A stretch of 63,978 nucleotides of DNA, the filler included, from Octopus bimaculoides (lineage: Eukaryota), in the NCBI RefSeq assembly GCF_001194135.2. It is 6 parts of 6 records of this genome, joined end to end, with 100 filler letters (N's around TTAATTAATTAA, not from the genome) between each part and the next. Parts side by side here need not be neighbours in the genome. Positions count along the whole stretch, not along the records: positions 1 to 16,265 come from NW_026351120.1; positions 16,366 to 35,252 come from NC_068987.1; 4 more parts are not named here. One strand, 5' to 3'. Positions 14,802 through 29,170 of the stretch are shown here, piece after piece. Position 1 is the first letter of the stretch; every line of letters begins with the position of its first letter. Both the position numbers and the translations under genes were made by a program. Under the pieces are notes generated by a model. It did not search any database. It worked only from the letters and a program-made list of their open reading frames with translations, and had not been told where the DNA came from.

Positions 14802-15717
14802 GGACCCTTTTAATCTTTTTGCTTCCTTCTAATATCACATTTGGTTTTGCTTCTGTTTAACTTTTATATTTGTTACGAAATGCTTTAATTTATTTTATAT
14901 ATATTACCTGATTTATTATCGTATTTATGTATTCATTTTAGCTTCGTCCAACACAAGGTGGTTGCCTGATGATAAAAGAAATTACTTCTCAAGATTCGAA
15001 TGACTAGTGTGTGTGTATGTATGTATGTATATATGTTAGCGTGCATGTGTGCATGCATGTAACATAGCATGTATGCGTACGTGTGTCTGTGTGCAGGTGT
15101 GCCTGTGTGGTAACAAGCTTGCTTTCCAACTACATGTCCCAGGTTCAGTCCCACTGCATAGCACCTTGGGCAAGTGTCTTCTACTATAGCCTTGGGCCGA
15201 CCAAAGCCTTGTCACTGGATTTGGTAGACGGAAACTCAAAGAAGCCCGTCGTATATATATATATATNNNNNNNNNNNNNNNNNNNNNNNNNNNNNNNNNN
15301 NNNNNNNNNNNNNNNNNNNNNNNNNNNNNNNNNNNNNNNNNNNNNNNNNNNNNNNNNNNNNNNNNNNNNNNNNNNNNNNNNNNNNNNNNNNNNNNNNNNN
15401 NNNNNNNNNNNNNNNNNNNNNNNNNNNNNNNNNNNNNNNNNNNNNNNNNNNNNNNNNNNNNNNNNNNNNNNNNNNNNNNNNNNNNNNNNNNNNNNNNNNN
15501 NNNNNNNNNNNNNNNNNNNNNNNNNNNNNNNNNNNNNNNNNNNNNNNNNNNNNNNNNNNNNNNNNNNNNNNNNNNNNNNNNNNNNNNNNNNNNNNNNNNN
15601 NNNNNNNNNNNNNNNNNNNNNNNNTATATATGCATGTCTTTAAATGTATATGTATATGGGTACATAGATATGTGTGTGTGTTTATGTGGGTGAATGCGAG
15701 CATGGATATATGTGTGC

Positions 15718-15762
<45 letters not shown>

Positions 15763-16088
15763 GGGTGGTGGTGATATACACACATGCTAATATTTAGAAT
15801 TTACATTTATTTACATAGATTTTATGCCAGTTTAAAAATATTTACATATATTTTACACATACCTAAATATATTTGCATATATTTTGTGGAACACATACAT
15901 ATCTGTACATACGTGTTCGGGTGCGTGTGTGTGTGAATGAGTGTGTGTATGTGTGTGTTCGTATGTGTCTGTCTGTTTGTATGTGCACGCCGATGGAGAG
16001 ACACAAATATACGATATAATGTTAAATGCTGTCGCGGCATTCATTATGAAACAAACGTGGATAGGCATAGACATATACAGGAATATAG

Positions 16089-16150
<62 letters not shown>

Positions 16151-16216
16151 ATACGCATATGTGTACATGTACATATATATATACACGCACATATATATAT
16201 ACATACATATATATAT

Positions 16217-16265
<49 letters not shown>

Positions 16266-16365
16266 NNNNNNNNNNNNNNNNNNNNNNNNNNNNNNNNNNN
16301 NNNNNNNNNTTAATTAATTAANNNNNNNNNNNNNNNNNNNNNNNNNNNNNNNNNNNNNNNNNNNN
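16266..16365. other. Artificial scaffold linker (44 N + TTAATTAATTAA + 44 N)
   Basis: The identical 100-bp construct occurs five times and has stop codons in all six frames. Confidence 0.95.
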
Positions 16366-16384
16366 TATATATATATATATATAT

Positions 16385-16579
16385 GGCGTATGTGTTCCCC
16401 AGCTTGACGGGACGCCAGTCCATTGCAGCGTTACTCATTTTTGCTAGCTGAGTGAACTGGAGCAACGTGAAATGAAGTGTTTTGCTCAAGAACACAACGC
16501 GTCGCCCGGTCCAGGAGTCAAAAGCACAATCTTACGGTCATGATGCTGACACTCTAACCACTATGCCACGCACCTCCAC
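16385..16579 (-). mobile_element. tRNA-derived SINE, family D; related fragments at ~11440-11570, 45060-45200 and 59160-59215
   Basis: Minus head gtggaggtgcgtggcatagtggttagagtgtcagc with B-box-like ttttgactcctggacc, and body gagtgaactggagcaacgtgaaatgaagtg. Confidence 0.7.
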
Positions 16580-17521
16580 AAGCTTATAAGATACTTGTTG
16601 GTTAATCCCAGATCATTTTGTAATGTGCTCTTTCTTGAAATGATAACGTTAGGTTTCAGGCAAAATTGATGCCCCATCGATTCTTTGGGTACTGGTGTAC
16701 ATTCTAGCGATCTCGACATGATGGCATGTGAAGTCCATCTCGGCGACTTTTGCCAGTAGAATATAAAGAGTCGAAAATAATGCTGAGAAGAATTTCGTCC
16801 AGCGCCCTAAATATTTTAAAAGCTTGCTACGTTAGTAAAGTAGATAATAAAACAAGCAATTTGAGACGATTAACGCTGAATCCAATGTCTTTTAGAAAAT
16901 ACTATTATTAACAACAATTACTTAATCAATCTTTAACCATCATAGGTAGGACATATGCAGAAGTGACCTCATTTACTCGGCATTGAAAAAAGGAACATGA
17001 TCACATCACACACACGCACACACACACACGCCGCGCGCACGCGCACACATACAATAGCGCACATATAAACACACGTTGAAATGTTTGAAGCATTTTAACA
17101 ATCAATATTGGTCCCCCTTTCTATCTCTACCATTTTGTCTCTTTTCCTCATGTTCTCTCTTGTTGCTGTTGTTCTTCTTTTTCTTCTTCTGCTTCTTCTT
17201 CTTCTGCTTCTTCCCCCCTCTCTCTCTCTTTTTCTGTCCCCTCCTCCTCCTCCTCCTCATGGTTGTCTCTCTCTCTCTCTCTAGATCTTATGCACACTTA
17301 TTCTATTGCTTCTGTAATTCATCCATTCTACGTTCTTCTTGAATATTCACGGAATACTTCCTTTTTTTTTTTTAATTCAATAAATGTTTAGAAAAATTGT
17401 AGATTCTATTATTGATAAAAATGCTTTTCTTCCTCAGAATATCACCCCAAAATACATCTTTTGTGAGCACTATAATTTCACATGCAATGTAACTATCGAT
17501 CATTTCCTAACCTGAACTTAT

Positions 17522-17523
<2 letters not shown>

Positions 17524-17566
<43 letters not shown>

Positions 17567-18115
17567 GCACATGCACACACATACGCACGCACAAACATAC
17601 ACATATGCACATATTCATATATACACATTCACACAGGCTCACACAAAGGTACTCAGGAGCACACAGACACACACTCAGATATGAATATACACGCGCACAC
17701 ATGCGCACACAACATGCACGCATATTCACACACACAAACATATACACGCGTGCACATATTCTCACACCTAAACACTTACACAACACACACACCCACATAC
17801 ATATTCACACACTCACATACACGCATGCACATTCACATACGCACAAGTACATTCGCATGCATATATATGCATATTCACATCCACTCACATGCACACATGC
17901 ACTTTCACATACACCCATATACATACATACACTCACATACACACCAGCGCATATTCACATCTACAAACACACACCCACACAAACACATGCAAGCACACAT
18001 CACACTCCGACACACAGCCGCACTCATTTAATCGCATTCACGCACACACTCACGCTCAAATAATACACATATGCACCTACACACAAACACACACATACAC
18101 ACGCACTAAAGCATA
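17524..18115. repeat. Long degenerate (CA)n-derived tract
   Basis: Direct inspection. Confidence 0.85.
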
Positions 18116-18543
18116 AATAAAAAATATAAATATAAAAAAATATTAAATACAGACAAATAGAAACGAATTGCAAATTGATGTGAAGTGTCACCGTTAAGTC
18201 TGAGAATAGGAAAATGTCACAGGGAACGAAGCTGAAAATTATTGATCTCCAAGTGAAAAAGATGTAGAAGAGTTTTGTGAACAATAAGCGTTTTGGAAAA
18301 GGAAACGGAGACCGAACGTGAGAGGAAATCTGTGAAGTCTAATTGTCCTGTGAACTGCATATACCTCGAGAAAGAGCTCGACTTTAGATTTTCTCTCTGA
18401 TAAAATTGTAATATTTTTCAGTCGACTTTCGGCAACAGTCTATAAGAATGACAGCTTAGGTGTTTTTAATAGTTGAAAAACAAGTGTGTGTGTACATGTA
18501 ATGCTTAGGAGTGAATGTGTATGTGAGTGTATATGAGTGTATG

Positions 18544-18575
<32 letters not shown>

Positions 18576-18735
18576 GTTGTGAGTGAATTTCAAGTGTGTG
18601 TGTACATATATGTGCGTGTGTATGCTTGTGGCGAGTAATTTGCTTAGCAGCAGTTGTTCTTGCTGACAAGAATTTGATGATACAGGTAGATGTGTTTGAA
18701 GTGTGTGCGTGTATATAAGTATATATAAAAGTATT

Positions 18736-18772
<37 letters not shown>

Positions 18773-19605
18773 NNNNNNNNNNNNNNNNNNNNNNNNNNNN
18801 NNNNNNNNNNNNNNNNNNNNNNNNNNNNNNNNNNNNNNNNNNNNNNNNNNNNNNNNNNNNNNNNNNNNNNNNNNNNNNNNNNNNNNNNNNNNNNNNNNNN
18901 NNNNNNNNNNNNNNNNNNNNNNNNNNNNNNNNNNNNNNNNNNNNNNNNNNNNNNNNNNNNNNNNNNNNNNNNNNNNNNNNNNNNNNNNNNNNNNNNNNNN
19001 NNNNNNNNNNTGTGTGTGCGTGTTTCCAGTGTTTTAAATCCAGGTTTTGTCCTCGTTAACGGGGGTGGCCGGATCTACCTTAATTCCAGAGCAACCGAGG
19101 TAGGCAGATGCAGCCCAACCCAGCCTTTAGGTTGGCTGGTGCTCATTCTCCTTTGCTATCATAAAAATTTTTGGAGCTGTATTTTGTACGGGGAGGAAGC
19201 CCTTGCTTACCCCCAACCTCAGTTTCTAGACATGAGTGGTCCCGAGACCAAGGCCTCTGCTACGACTTTTAATGTAGAGGAAAAATAGCTCAGGAAACAT
19301 GGACGCTTCTCCCTGAGACCCCTTTCGGAGCGCTCCTACCTATATATTGGGGTATAAACTTTAGGTACTCTCGTTGTATCATCCAAATATCATTTAGTAG
19401 GATTCCTGTTTTTGGCAAGTCACAAACTACTAATCTGAAGCGTAACAAATAAGGAGAGTCCGCTCAAACACTTAGTCGGTGATTCCGAGTAATCCATCCC
19501 TAGTACAACGGTTTATTTATCAACCACGAAAAGCAGAAAAGATAAAAATGATGTCAGCAGGTTTTTAAACAACAGCACAGAAATCTAGGACGAAAACTCG
19601 AAAGA

Positions 19606-19885
19606 ATTCTTTTCTACTACAAGGCATGAAATTTGGTGGGAGGGGACAAGTCGATTACATCGACCCCAGTGCTTCACTGGTACTTAATTTATCGACCCCA
19701 CAAGGATGAAAGGCGAAGTCAACCTCGGCAGAATTGGTACTCAGAATGTAGCGACGGACGAAATACCGCTAAGCATTTCGTCCAGCGTGCTAACGATTCT
19801 TTTCTACTCTAGGCACAAGGCCCGAAATTTTGGGAGAGGAGGCCGGTCGATTAGATCGTCTCCAGTACGTAACTGGTACTTGATT
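19606..19885 (-). mobile_element. SINE family C, partial tandem copies
   Basis: actggtacttaatttatcgaccccacaaggatgaaaggcgaagtcaacctcggc is the reverse complement of the family C core. Confidence 0.7.
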
Positions 19886-20188
19886 TATCGACCTCAAAAG
19901 GAGAAGGTGGATAGGGACAACTGACGAAGGGATATACTCTTTATGTTACATGTCTCGTTTCTCTGTTTTTTTCGTTGTTCGAAAAAAGTTCGTTTTCTCT
20001 TTTCGTTTTTCGTTTCTCATTGTGTTTAACGTTTTTCCGATGTTCTGTACCCATATATGCATGTATGTATACATATAGATGTAGGTATGCACATATATGT
20101 ATGGATATATGCATATATCTATATATTTATATTATTATATGATCGAACGCCACACATCCTTTTCCAAGTAAGTTTTATCTATCTCTAT

Positions 20189-20224
<36 letters not shown>

Positions 20225-21026
20225 ATATNNNNNNNNNNNNNNNNTATATATATATATATATGAAAGGCCTCCTTCAGTATCCATCTACCAAATCCACTCA
20301 CAAGGCTCTGGTCGACTCTCGAGGCTATAATATTAATAGAAGGTACTCGTCCAAGGCGCCACGCAGTGGGACTGAACCCGGAACCATGTGGTTCGTAAGC
20401 AAGCTTCTTCCCACCCAGCCAAAATTTCTGAAATATACCGGATAAGAATGTAAACAGCTGAATCAATTCCTCGTCAGACTCGGAATTTATTCTATCACCT
20501 CCATTAATTGGAAAGGCAGATCGACCATGGAGGGAACACAAGCCTGTCGACTCTTAGCTAGACTGCGACAGGATTTGATCATAATATAAACAAAATTATA
20601 TACTGAAGATCTATGTCCAGCTTTCGTTCATTTATGCGATTCTTATTTCTTTCTTTGCCAAGAATTAATTGTATCACCACTGGAAATAAATGCGTCTAAG
20701 TTGTCTTTATATGAAAATGTATGCCCAGGGAAATATTTGCCCTATTTTGTATGCCCTGGTGTGATTATTTGATAAGAGGCTGAACGTTATTGGAGACAAG
20801 ATTTGATCAATTCTTTATATATAAAAAAAAAAATATCAGAACAACCTGTGGGATATAAGGAAACGGGGATGAAAAACGCCTGCGTGTGTGTTTCAGTGTG
20901 CGTGTTGGTTTGTTTGTTTCTTTGTGTGTGTGTGTGTGTTTAGCTATAGATGAGAAAAAAGATGAAGCACGAACGAGTTGAAAGAAAAGTGTAAGAAAAT
21001 ATTATGTGAAGCAGCAGATGGTCGAG

Positions 21027-21980
21027 AGAAGAAGAAGAAGAAGAAGAAGAAAGAGAAAAGGAAGGAGGAGGAGGAGAAGGAGGAGAAGAAGAAGAAGAAG
21101 AAGGAATAGGAGAATAAAGAAGAAGAAGAAGAAGGGGGAGGAGGAGAAGAAGAAGAAGAAGAAGAAGGGGGGAGGAGGAGAAGGAGCAAAAGAAGAAGAA
21201 GAAGGAGAAGAAGGAATAGGAGAATAAAGAAGAAGAAGAAGAAGAAGAAGGAAAAGAAGAAGAAGAAGAAGAAGGAATAGGAGAATAAAGAAGAAGAAGA
21301 AGGAAAAGAAGAAGAAGAAGAAGAAGAAGAATGATGAAGAAGAAGAAGAAGAAGAAGAAAAAGAAGTAGAAGAAAAAGAAGGGGGAGGAGGAGAAGGAGA
21401 AAAGAAAAAGAAGAAGAAGAAGAAGAAGAAGGAAAAGAAGAAGAAGAAGAAGAATGATGAAGAAGAAGAAAAAGAAGAAAAGAAGAAGGGGAGGAGGAGA
21501 AGAAGAAGAAGAAGAAGAAAAAGAAGAAGAAAAAGAAGAAGAAGAAAAAGAATAAGAATAAGAAGGAATAGGAGGATAAAGAAGAAGAAGAAGAAGGAAA
21601 AGAAGAAGAAGAAGAAGAAGAAGAAGAAAAAGAAGTAGAAGAAAAAGAAGGGGGAGGAGGAGAAGGAGAAAAGAAAAAAAGAAGAAGAAGAAGAAGAAGA
21701 AGAAGAAGGAAAAGAAGAAGAAGAAGAAGAAGAATGATGAAGAAGAATAAAAAGAAGAAAAGAAGAAGGGGGAGGAGGAGAAGAAGAAGAAGAAGAAGGA
21801 GAAGAAAAAGAAGAAGAAAAAGAAGAAGAAGAAGAAGAAGAAGAAGAAGAAGAAGAAGAAAAAGGAGAAGAAGAAGGAATAGGAGGATAAAGAAGGAATA
21901 GGAGAATAAAGAAGGAATAGGAGAAGAAGAAGAAGAAGAAGAAAAGAAGAAGAAGAAGAAGAAGAAGAAGAAGAAGAAGA
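21027..21980. repeat. ~950-bp polypurine (GAA)n-rich array with higher-order repeats
   Basis: Recurrent gaaggaataggagaataaagaag and gaagtagaagaaaaagaagggggaggaggagaagg units. Confidence 0.95.
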
Positions 21981-24737
21981 CGAGGGAGTGCAACAACAAC
22001 AACAAGATGGAGTAGTTGTTGAAGTAATTGAAAAAAACTGACCATGCTGGTATAGGCTGGTCAAACGAGATTGGTTTATTATACGGCAGTCGCCAGCTGG
22101 TAAAGGTATCTGCAATATTAGATGAAATATGAAAACATCTGTTAAAAAAATAAGAGAAAATATATTAAAAGAATAAATCAACATTATATTGAAAAAAATG
22201 ACCCCATTTCTGACACCTTGCCTCTATGTAGGCCAGTTTACATTGGAAGGAAACAAATAACTTAAGATGTCAGTCATGTCTGATTTGAAAAGAGCCGTAA
22301 CCAGATTGGACTCAGATAGCAATGATCTTAAGGAAGACCAGCCATTGTGCCAAGTAACTACGCCTCAGGCGAACATTTCCCTTGCGGTTATTAGAGACGC
22401 AAAGGCTCTCTCCTTCTGGACACTATCGAATCCGTAAGATTTTTAAATTACGGAATCATTTAGCCTCAGGGGAATAAAGGAAAATTATTATATTTCTCGT
22501 TGGAAATCTTAAAGAGAAGAGCTATTTCGCCAGTATCTATGAGAGCGTCGTTATAGTTTTTGCAAGTTGATTTAGGGTCGGAATTATTCGTTCGATGCTT
22601 GTCTATGTAATTAGATAGTCGTCACGATTGACCAATAAATGGAATGTCTCTGTTAAAGACTATAGCTACCACACTATCGAGTGCCTAGTTGTTAATTCAA
22701 TAATTCGTCAGCTAAAGCAGTCAAGATAAAATCGACACGTTTAGACGCGCTAGCTAAGTGAGAAGCGGCACTGCTCAGGAAATGTTGCGTTGATTCACTT
22801 CTGCTTCGTTAGTGAGTGTGACGAGCTTCATGAAGCATTTCAATGATAAAACAAAGACAAAGCTAATATTTCTCCTTGCTTTTCTCTTTCCACATATTTC
22901 TCCCTAAATTATTGGATTTTACTCCAGTAGGTTCCTTTCAGAAATCTATTTTAGGTTTTTTTTTCTTTGCGCTAAATTTTTTGTTCCTTTCTTAGCTTCT
23001 CGCGGCTTTTTAAACTTATCTAATATTGATTTCTAATTTCTGTGTTAATTGGCTTATTTAAACGTGCTTTAATTGCTTTCATTTTAATTCTTTTCATCGC
23101 AACATTCAAAACAGAAAAAAATATTCTTCTCATATAGGCGCAGCCGTGGCTATGTGGTAAGAAGTTTGCTTCAGAACCACATACTTTGGGTTCAGTCCCA
23201 CTGTACCTTAGACAAGTATCTTCTACTATAACCTCGGGCCAACCAAATACATTTGAATGGATTTAGCAGATGGAAACTGCCCTGTATATATATATATTCA
23301 TATAAAAGAAGAAAAAGAAGACGGAGATTGGGGAGATAATTGTTTATTATTAATAACAAATCAATCGTCATCCTTTACAACTGTTTCAATTAATACTCAG
23401 TGAATTAATTAAATATTAAATTCATATGCCCTGGGCATAATATGTTCAGAAGGAAAAACTATATCCTTGGATGTTTTATACATATGTTTAAATATATGTT
23501 TTATATATGTTTTGTGGATTCATTATAACAGAGACACCGTCCCTTCATGAGGGTAACATAACCTCTAATTCTGTGTATGTATGTATATATATATATATAT
23601 ATNNNNNNNNNNNNNNNNNNNNNNNNNNNNNNNNNNNNNNNNNNNNNNNNNNNNNNNNNNNNNNNNNNNNNNNNNNNNNNNNNNNNNNNNNNNNNNNNNN
23701 NNNNNNNNNNNNNNNNNNNNNNNNNNNNNNNNNNNNNNNNNNNNNNNNNNNNNNNNNNNNNNNNNNNNNNNNNNNNNNNNNNNNNNNNNNNNNNNNNNNN
23801 NNNNNNNNNNNNNNNNNNNNNNNNNNNNNNNNNNNNNNNNNNNNNNNNNNNNNNNNNNNNNNNNNNNNNNNNNNNNNNNNNNNNNNNNNNNNNNNNNNNN
23901 NNNNNNNNNNNNNNNNNNNNNNNNNNNNNNNNNNNNNNNNNNNNNNNNNNNNNNNNNNNNNNNNNNNNNNNNNNNNNNNNNNNNNNNNNNNNNNNNNNNN
24001 NNNNNNNNNNNNNNNNNNNNNNNNNNNNNNNNNNNNNNNNNNNNNNNNNNNNNNNNNNNNNNNNNNNNNNNNNNNNNNNNNNNNNNNNNNNNNNNNNNNN
24101 NNNNNNNNNNNNNNNNNNNNNNNNNNNNNNNNNNNNNNNNNNNNNNNNNNNNNNNNNNNNNNNNNNNNNNNNNNNNNNNNNNNNNNNNNNATATATATAT
24201 ATATATATATATAGCTTGAGAAGCAGGTTTAGTGGTTCGGCAAAAGAGACTAATAGAATAATTACCAAGCTTTAGAAAAGGAAAAACAGAAAAAGTACTG
24301 GGTTCCATTCCTTCTACTAAAATTCTTCAAGGCGGTGCCCTAGTAAGGCCACAATCTAACGACTGACACAGGTAAAAGATAAAAGATGTCAAGACTTCGA
24401 ACTTGGAAACTGCTAACTATATATTTTTTTTACCTTTGATATGTTTCTGGCATTTGGTTGCGGCTATGCTGGGGCACCATCATGGAGAATTTTAGTTGTA
24501 AAGAATAAACCCAGTAGTTATGTTATTTTATGTCTAGTAATTATTTTATCGGTCTTGTTGACCGAACTACTAAATTATGGCAACGTAAATACAAAAGCAT
24601 CGGTTGTCAAGTGGTAGTGGAAGATAACAAACACAAAGATACATAAGCATACACACGCACACGCACATACACTCACAAACACACAGGCACTCACACACAT
24701 GCATATGTATGATGTATATATAAATATATGTGTGTGA

Positions 24738-24779
<42 letters not shown>

Positions 24780-25825
24780 GCATACACACATACATATGCA
24801 CATATGCGTGTGTGCATGCGTTTTTGAGTGTATATGTGTATATAACATTCATATATATAAAAACGTATTTATTAGTCAGTAGATATAAATGTTTTGAGTT
24901 CCATTTTCCTGTTTGTATCACTTAACCTATATTGCTCTTGTTTACTGGTCATTTATGGTATATGAATGAAGGAAGAACAACTGGCGCAGGCTCCTCATAA
25001 CTTTACAAGTAAGAATCCATATTGGAAATCAGCAATTTTTAGGAAACCTTTTATGTACATTTTTTTCTTTATTGATATCTGTCGTAGATGAAGCATCACC
25101 GAAACGAAACGAACATTATAAAATCGACATTAGTTTTGAAATAAAATCCATTTACTATTTCCCAAATTGCTTTCTGTTCTAAAAGTAAACCTTTATATTA
25201 CTACTCTGTTTCCACTCCAAAAGATCTTTGACATTTGGTCTTTTTCCAATTAATTTAATGAGAAGGAAGTTACATTTTTTCCCCTTCTTTCTAAAGGTGT
25301 TACTGAGTCTGCGCAGTCACGTTATCGTGTCACACACTATCAATGCAATTTACACTTGTCAAACATAAGAGTATTATATTTGAAAATGTACATACTTTCG
25401 CAAAATAGACCTGTATTTCTCGAAGCACTTATAATATACAACGTATATCACACACGCATTCACGCTCACGAACTTCCATTTATGTCTGTGTGTTTGTGTT
25501 TGTGTGCGTGCCTGCATTGTGTGCCTGTGTGTGTGTATGTGCGATGTATCTGTATTTGTTTGGAAGTCTGAATGCGTGATTGACAGTTGACTGGCAGAAC
25601 TATTACACACTCTGAAAAGAGCTTGCGTTAAATGTTCTGGCTATTTGCGTTTTGTGTTCGAATTCCACTGAAGTCATCTTTGTTTTAAATTTTTTCAGGG
25701 TAGAATAATAAGGCACTACACTGGTACAGATGTAGCTCCTACTCGCTCTTTCTCACTCATTCACTCAGAATCGACACCACTGCGTTGCGAGTGTCATGGT
25801 AGATCACCCTCGGTATCACAATATA

Positions 25826-26053
25826 TTGGGTTGTCCGGAAAGTTCGTGCCTATTTTTAAAGGAAAGAAAAAGGTCAATAAATACTTGCCATTACATTTTT
25901 AATCAACCAAATATAAGCCATTTTGTTGCACAATGCGTCTCCATTTTTCCTTTAACTTGAAAATGCCCTCTTCCCAGAATTGCGGTGGTTTCATGCCAAA
26001 TAAGTCGAAAGGTAAGCTACTATAAATCGGCACGAACTTTCCGGACAACCCAA
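25826..26053 (-). mobile_element. Mariner internal-deletion derivative (MITE)
   Basis: 25-bp perfect TIRs (ttgggttgtccggaaagttcgtgcc / ggcacgaactttccggacaacccaa) flanked by TA on both sides. Internal minus strand encodes the transposase C-terminus KPPQFWEEGIFKLKEKWRRIVQQNGLYLVD*. Confidence 0.9.
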
Positions 26054-27464
26054 TACCATGTTTTGGAAAGAGATAGGACGGAACACAAGCATCAAAATTT
26101 TCTTTAGCAAGATGTAAAATTTCTCAAACTAACCCCCTGAAAATGAGCGACAAGCTGCCAGAAAAAAACAAAATAAACTGAATATCTTTCAAACCCAATC
26201 GATTAGTCGATTAATGAAGAAAACATTCCCCACGTTCTCTGAGAATAACAACCGTGCTAAAAAATATTCTGTCAAGCAACCCTTCCTCATTTGTCACTTC
26301 TATGTCATGTGAGAATGTGACTAGTTTTAATTGTCTCTTGGTATCGTAAATCTTACAGTACAGTTTAAGGTCTTCAACACAAAAGGTAAGGATGACATTA
26401 ATTTTTCTCTTTACTGCTAATCATATGATATAGCCTTGGCATTTCCTGACCAAGGATGGCAAACGCCTTCATTGTCAAAACGAGCAGCAATTAACGACAA
26501 ATTGTCAAATTGGAATAGTCTCATCTGTGACTTAATCCTGTTTGTGATTATTGTACAAGCATGTAAAAGTATTATGTATTATGTCTTAGTCTGTCTTTTA
26601 ATGATATTGCACTTTGGAACTTGGCAAAGATATGTAACTCTTTCATAAGTATGAGATAGAGCCTAGTGCTTCATTATAGTCTAGTAATAATCTTATCAGA
26701 CTTTGGGAATACTGATTCGCATCACAAAGGACAGAACTATCTTCTTCCCATGTTTCGGCCCACAAGTCACCACATCATTTGTTTAAATGGATCCTTTAAA
26801 AACGAGCGTTATTTATTTTTTAAAATTCATATCATTTGAACATGCTATTGGGCTTGTAGTCATTGTTCAATGCATTTCCTGGCTTCAGCAGTAAGTTTTC
26901 TCGGGCTAACCAACAGTCACGTTTAGACACTTAGATTAACGTCTATTTGAAAATGTTGACGAGAGCTTTTCCCGTTAATTGTGGGCTTCATATACTGGTA
27001 ACTGATTATAGAGTTTCACCAATGTGATTTTACTTCCGTTGCTTTCTCAGCAACTGCATACAAAGTTTTTTAATGACATTTTATGTCTTAGGAGACACAT
27101 TTTCTCAGTACACCGCTCAGTTGTCCGGTTTAGACTCATTCGCTATGCAGTGCCCTCGGAGTGACTCTAGAGAATTCCGGGATGGGGAATTTGTAAGTGA
27201 AATGGTATATCTTTTCATATTATGATATACACTATGTGAACTTATGTATTAAATGTGTGATATTACACTCTTATGAAACGAAGAGATCACTTTAATCTCA
27301 AAATTAGAAAAGCTACTAGATTTGCAGAAATAAATCGAAACTGCAATAATTGTTTTCAAAATATAGCGCATGAACTACACTAAAAATTTGATCAATTCCA
27401 CATGATAGAATAACCACTTCGTAAGTTTGGGGAATTCGGGAGAGAATACACCTCCATCATTGCT

Positions 27465-28345
27465 TCTCGGTAGTCTATCGTTCTCCCATGAAGAAGTAGT
27501 TTGTGGTCACAGTAGTTAGCGGTGGGAACGAATGTGACTCCGCCGTCCAAAACCGGAAGCACACGGGCACGTACATGTTAGACACTTGTACTCTGTTGCT
27601 GGGACTGACGATGATGCAGCCTAGTGACGTACGTCCCTTGCTGCGAGGCGTTGCCACCTATCCTCTTCAAAGGCAGCTACAGCAGTGTAGGTGGTTGACC
27701 TCCAGGTAATCCTGTTTGTGGGTGCGGTCTCGAGTTGGCGAGGCTGGATGCTACACCACTTTAGGTTGCCTTTTAGAATGTCTTTATATCTCAGCTTGGG
27801 TCTTCCTTATTGCCTTGTGCCTTCCTTCAGCTCAACGTACGTCAGTTATCTGGGGATGCAGTGTTCAATCATATTGAGGATTTAGCCGGCTGAGCGCAAC
27901 TGAGCTTTGAGCAGAAGTACTCGATGTTCGTGTAGTCTGCTCTGTCTAGGACTTTTTGGTTGGAAACTTTGTCCTGCCAGCGGATGCCCATGATTGTGCT
28001 CAGTAATCTTGTATGGTAGTATTCCAGCTGCCTCAAGTGAAGGCAACATAGAGTCCACGTTTCACAACGTGGAGCGAACGACAGCTTTGTATACCTTGAG
28101 TTTCGCGGACAGCCTTTCTGTTTTAGTACTTTAACTCTGAGTCTACCAAGTGCTTGGCTGATCTTCTGGTTCCCTGTATATGATCTCTTTATCCAGCGAA
28201 TCGTCTTCAGAGATGGTGCTGCCTAAGTACCTGAAGCTTTCGACACCATTCAGCTCGACCCTATCGATGAGTGGCTTAGGTATTGTTGTGTTCGGGGCTG
28301 CTTGGGGCAGGACTCCCGTCTTCCCACGGCTGGGGATGATCATTG
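27465..28345 (-). mobile_element. Degenerate 3' end of an RTE-like LINE (RT C-terminus, terminal C2H2 finger, 3' UTR)
   Basis: Reads VELNGVESFRYLGSTISEDDSLDKEI, CETWTL, IMGIRWQDKVSNQKVL and terminal YKCLTCTCPCASGFGRRSHIRSHR* (stop 27516-27518), with frameshifts and stops. Confidence 0.85.
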
Positions 28346-29170
28346 CTACTGATATCAAAATCATCGTGAACACCAGAAACTTACTTCCATTCTCAACAAC
28401 TTTTATGGGTTTTAAAATGAAGTTAACTTTATATTAAACGTCTGTAGACGGTATAGAATAAAACAAAGTTAAAATTAAATGGATCTTTATTCAATTTGAT
28501 AGTAACACACGTTGAAGAGTTCGTACATCTAGTTTATGCTGACGTGATGCTTTGGTTGTCTTGTCCAGAATGAATGACCAAAACGTGGATAATTATATAA
28601 AAGAACTAACGCGTGTTTTAAGGAGTGTAGCCTAAAACGTCTGACCAATACTAGCCTTAACTATATGAATAGCAACCAAATTATTCAACAAATCTTTATT
28701 TTTATCATTATTGGATAAATATTCTCCAGCCAGATGTATATATTTCACACACTTTTCAAGCGAAAATGAATATATCTTAATATCGCAGATCATATAACAC
28801 AACCCCAAAATATGCAACAGACTAAATACTCCCAACCCTGCCGGCCTCCACTCGAACAGTCAAAATGTAAATACAGATCCACGTTGGACTGATTTGTAAA
28901 TATGCTCAGTTCTTCAAGCTGATTATATACTGAGCCACTACGACACCAACTGTTGATATTCAGAGAAATAACACTGGGCTCGTAGAGAATACATTTAAGA
29001 GCAGATTCAACTAACACATATAATCCTTTAAATCTAGATATTCAATTAATACCACCTTGCTGTATACGTAAGCTGAATGACTGTGAAGTTAAACATATGC
29101 ATGAAACATAACAAATACAGACTCATGTATATACTCACTCAAATACATACTCACTCATCTGCAAAATTAG

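Noticed and set aside
16310-16321. TTAATTAATTAA palindrome recurring five times
   Set aside because: It is always centred in 44 N + 44 N and has stops in all six frames, so it is an assembly linker, not biology.
19921-19950. CTGACGA-AGGGATATACTC hammerhead-like start (also agatgaagcatcaccgaaacg near 25087)
   Set aside because: The first has no GAAA box and the second has no intact CUGA, so neither can be folded as a ribozyme.
20940-22184. 347-414 aa minus-strand ORFs rich in F/S/L
   Set aside because: They are translations of a (TTC)n array with no domain features.
28378-28400. ATG GAA|gtaagt on the minus strand as a possible ULK VYLVME exon
   Set aside because: The upstream frame reads LLRME with a nearby stop and no acceptor.
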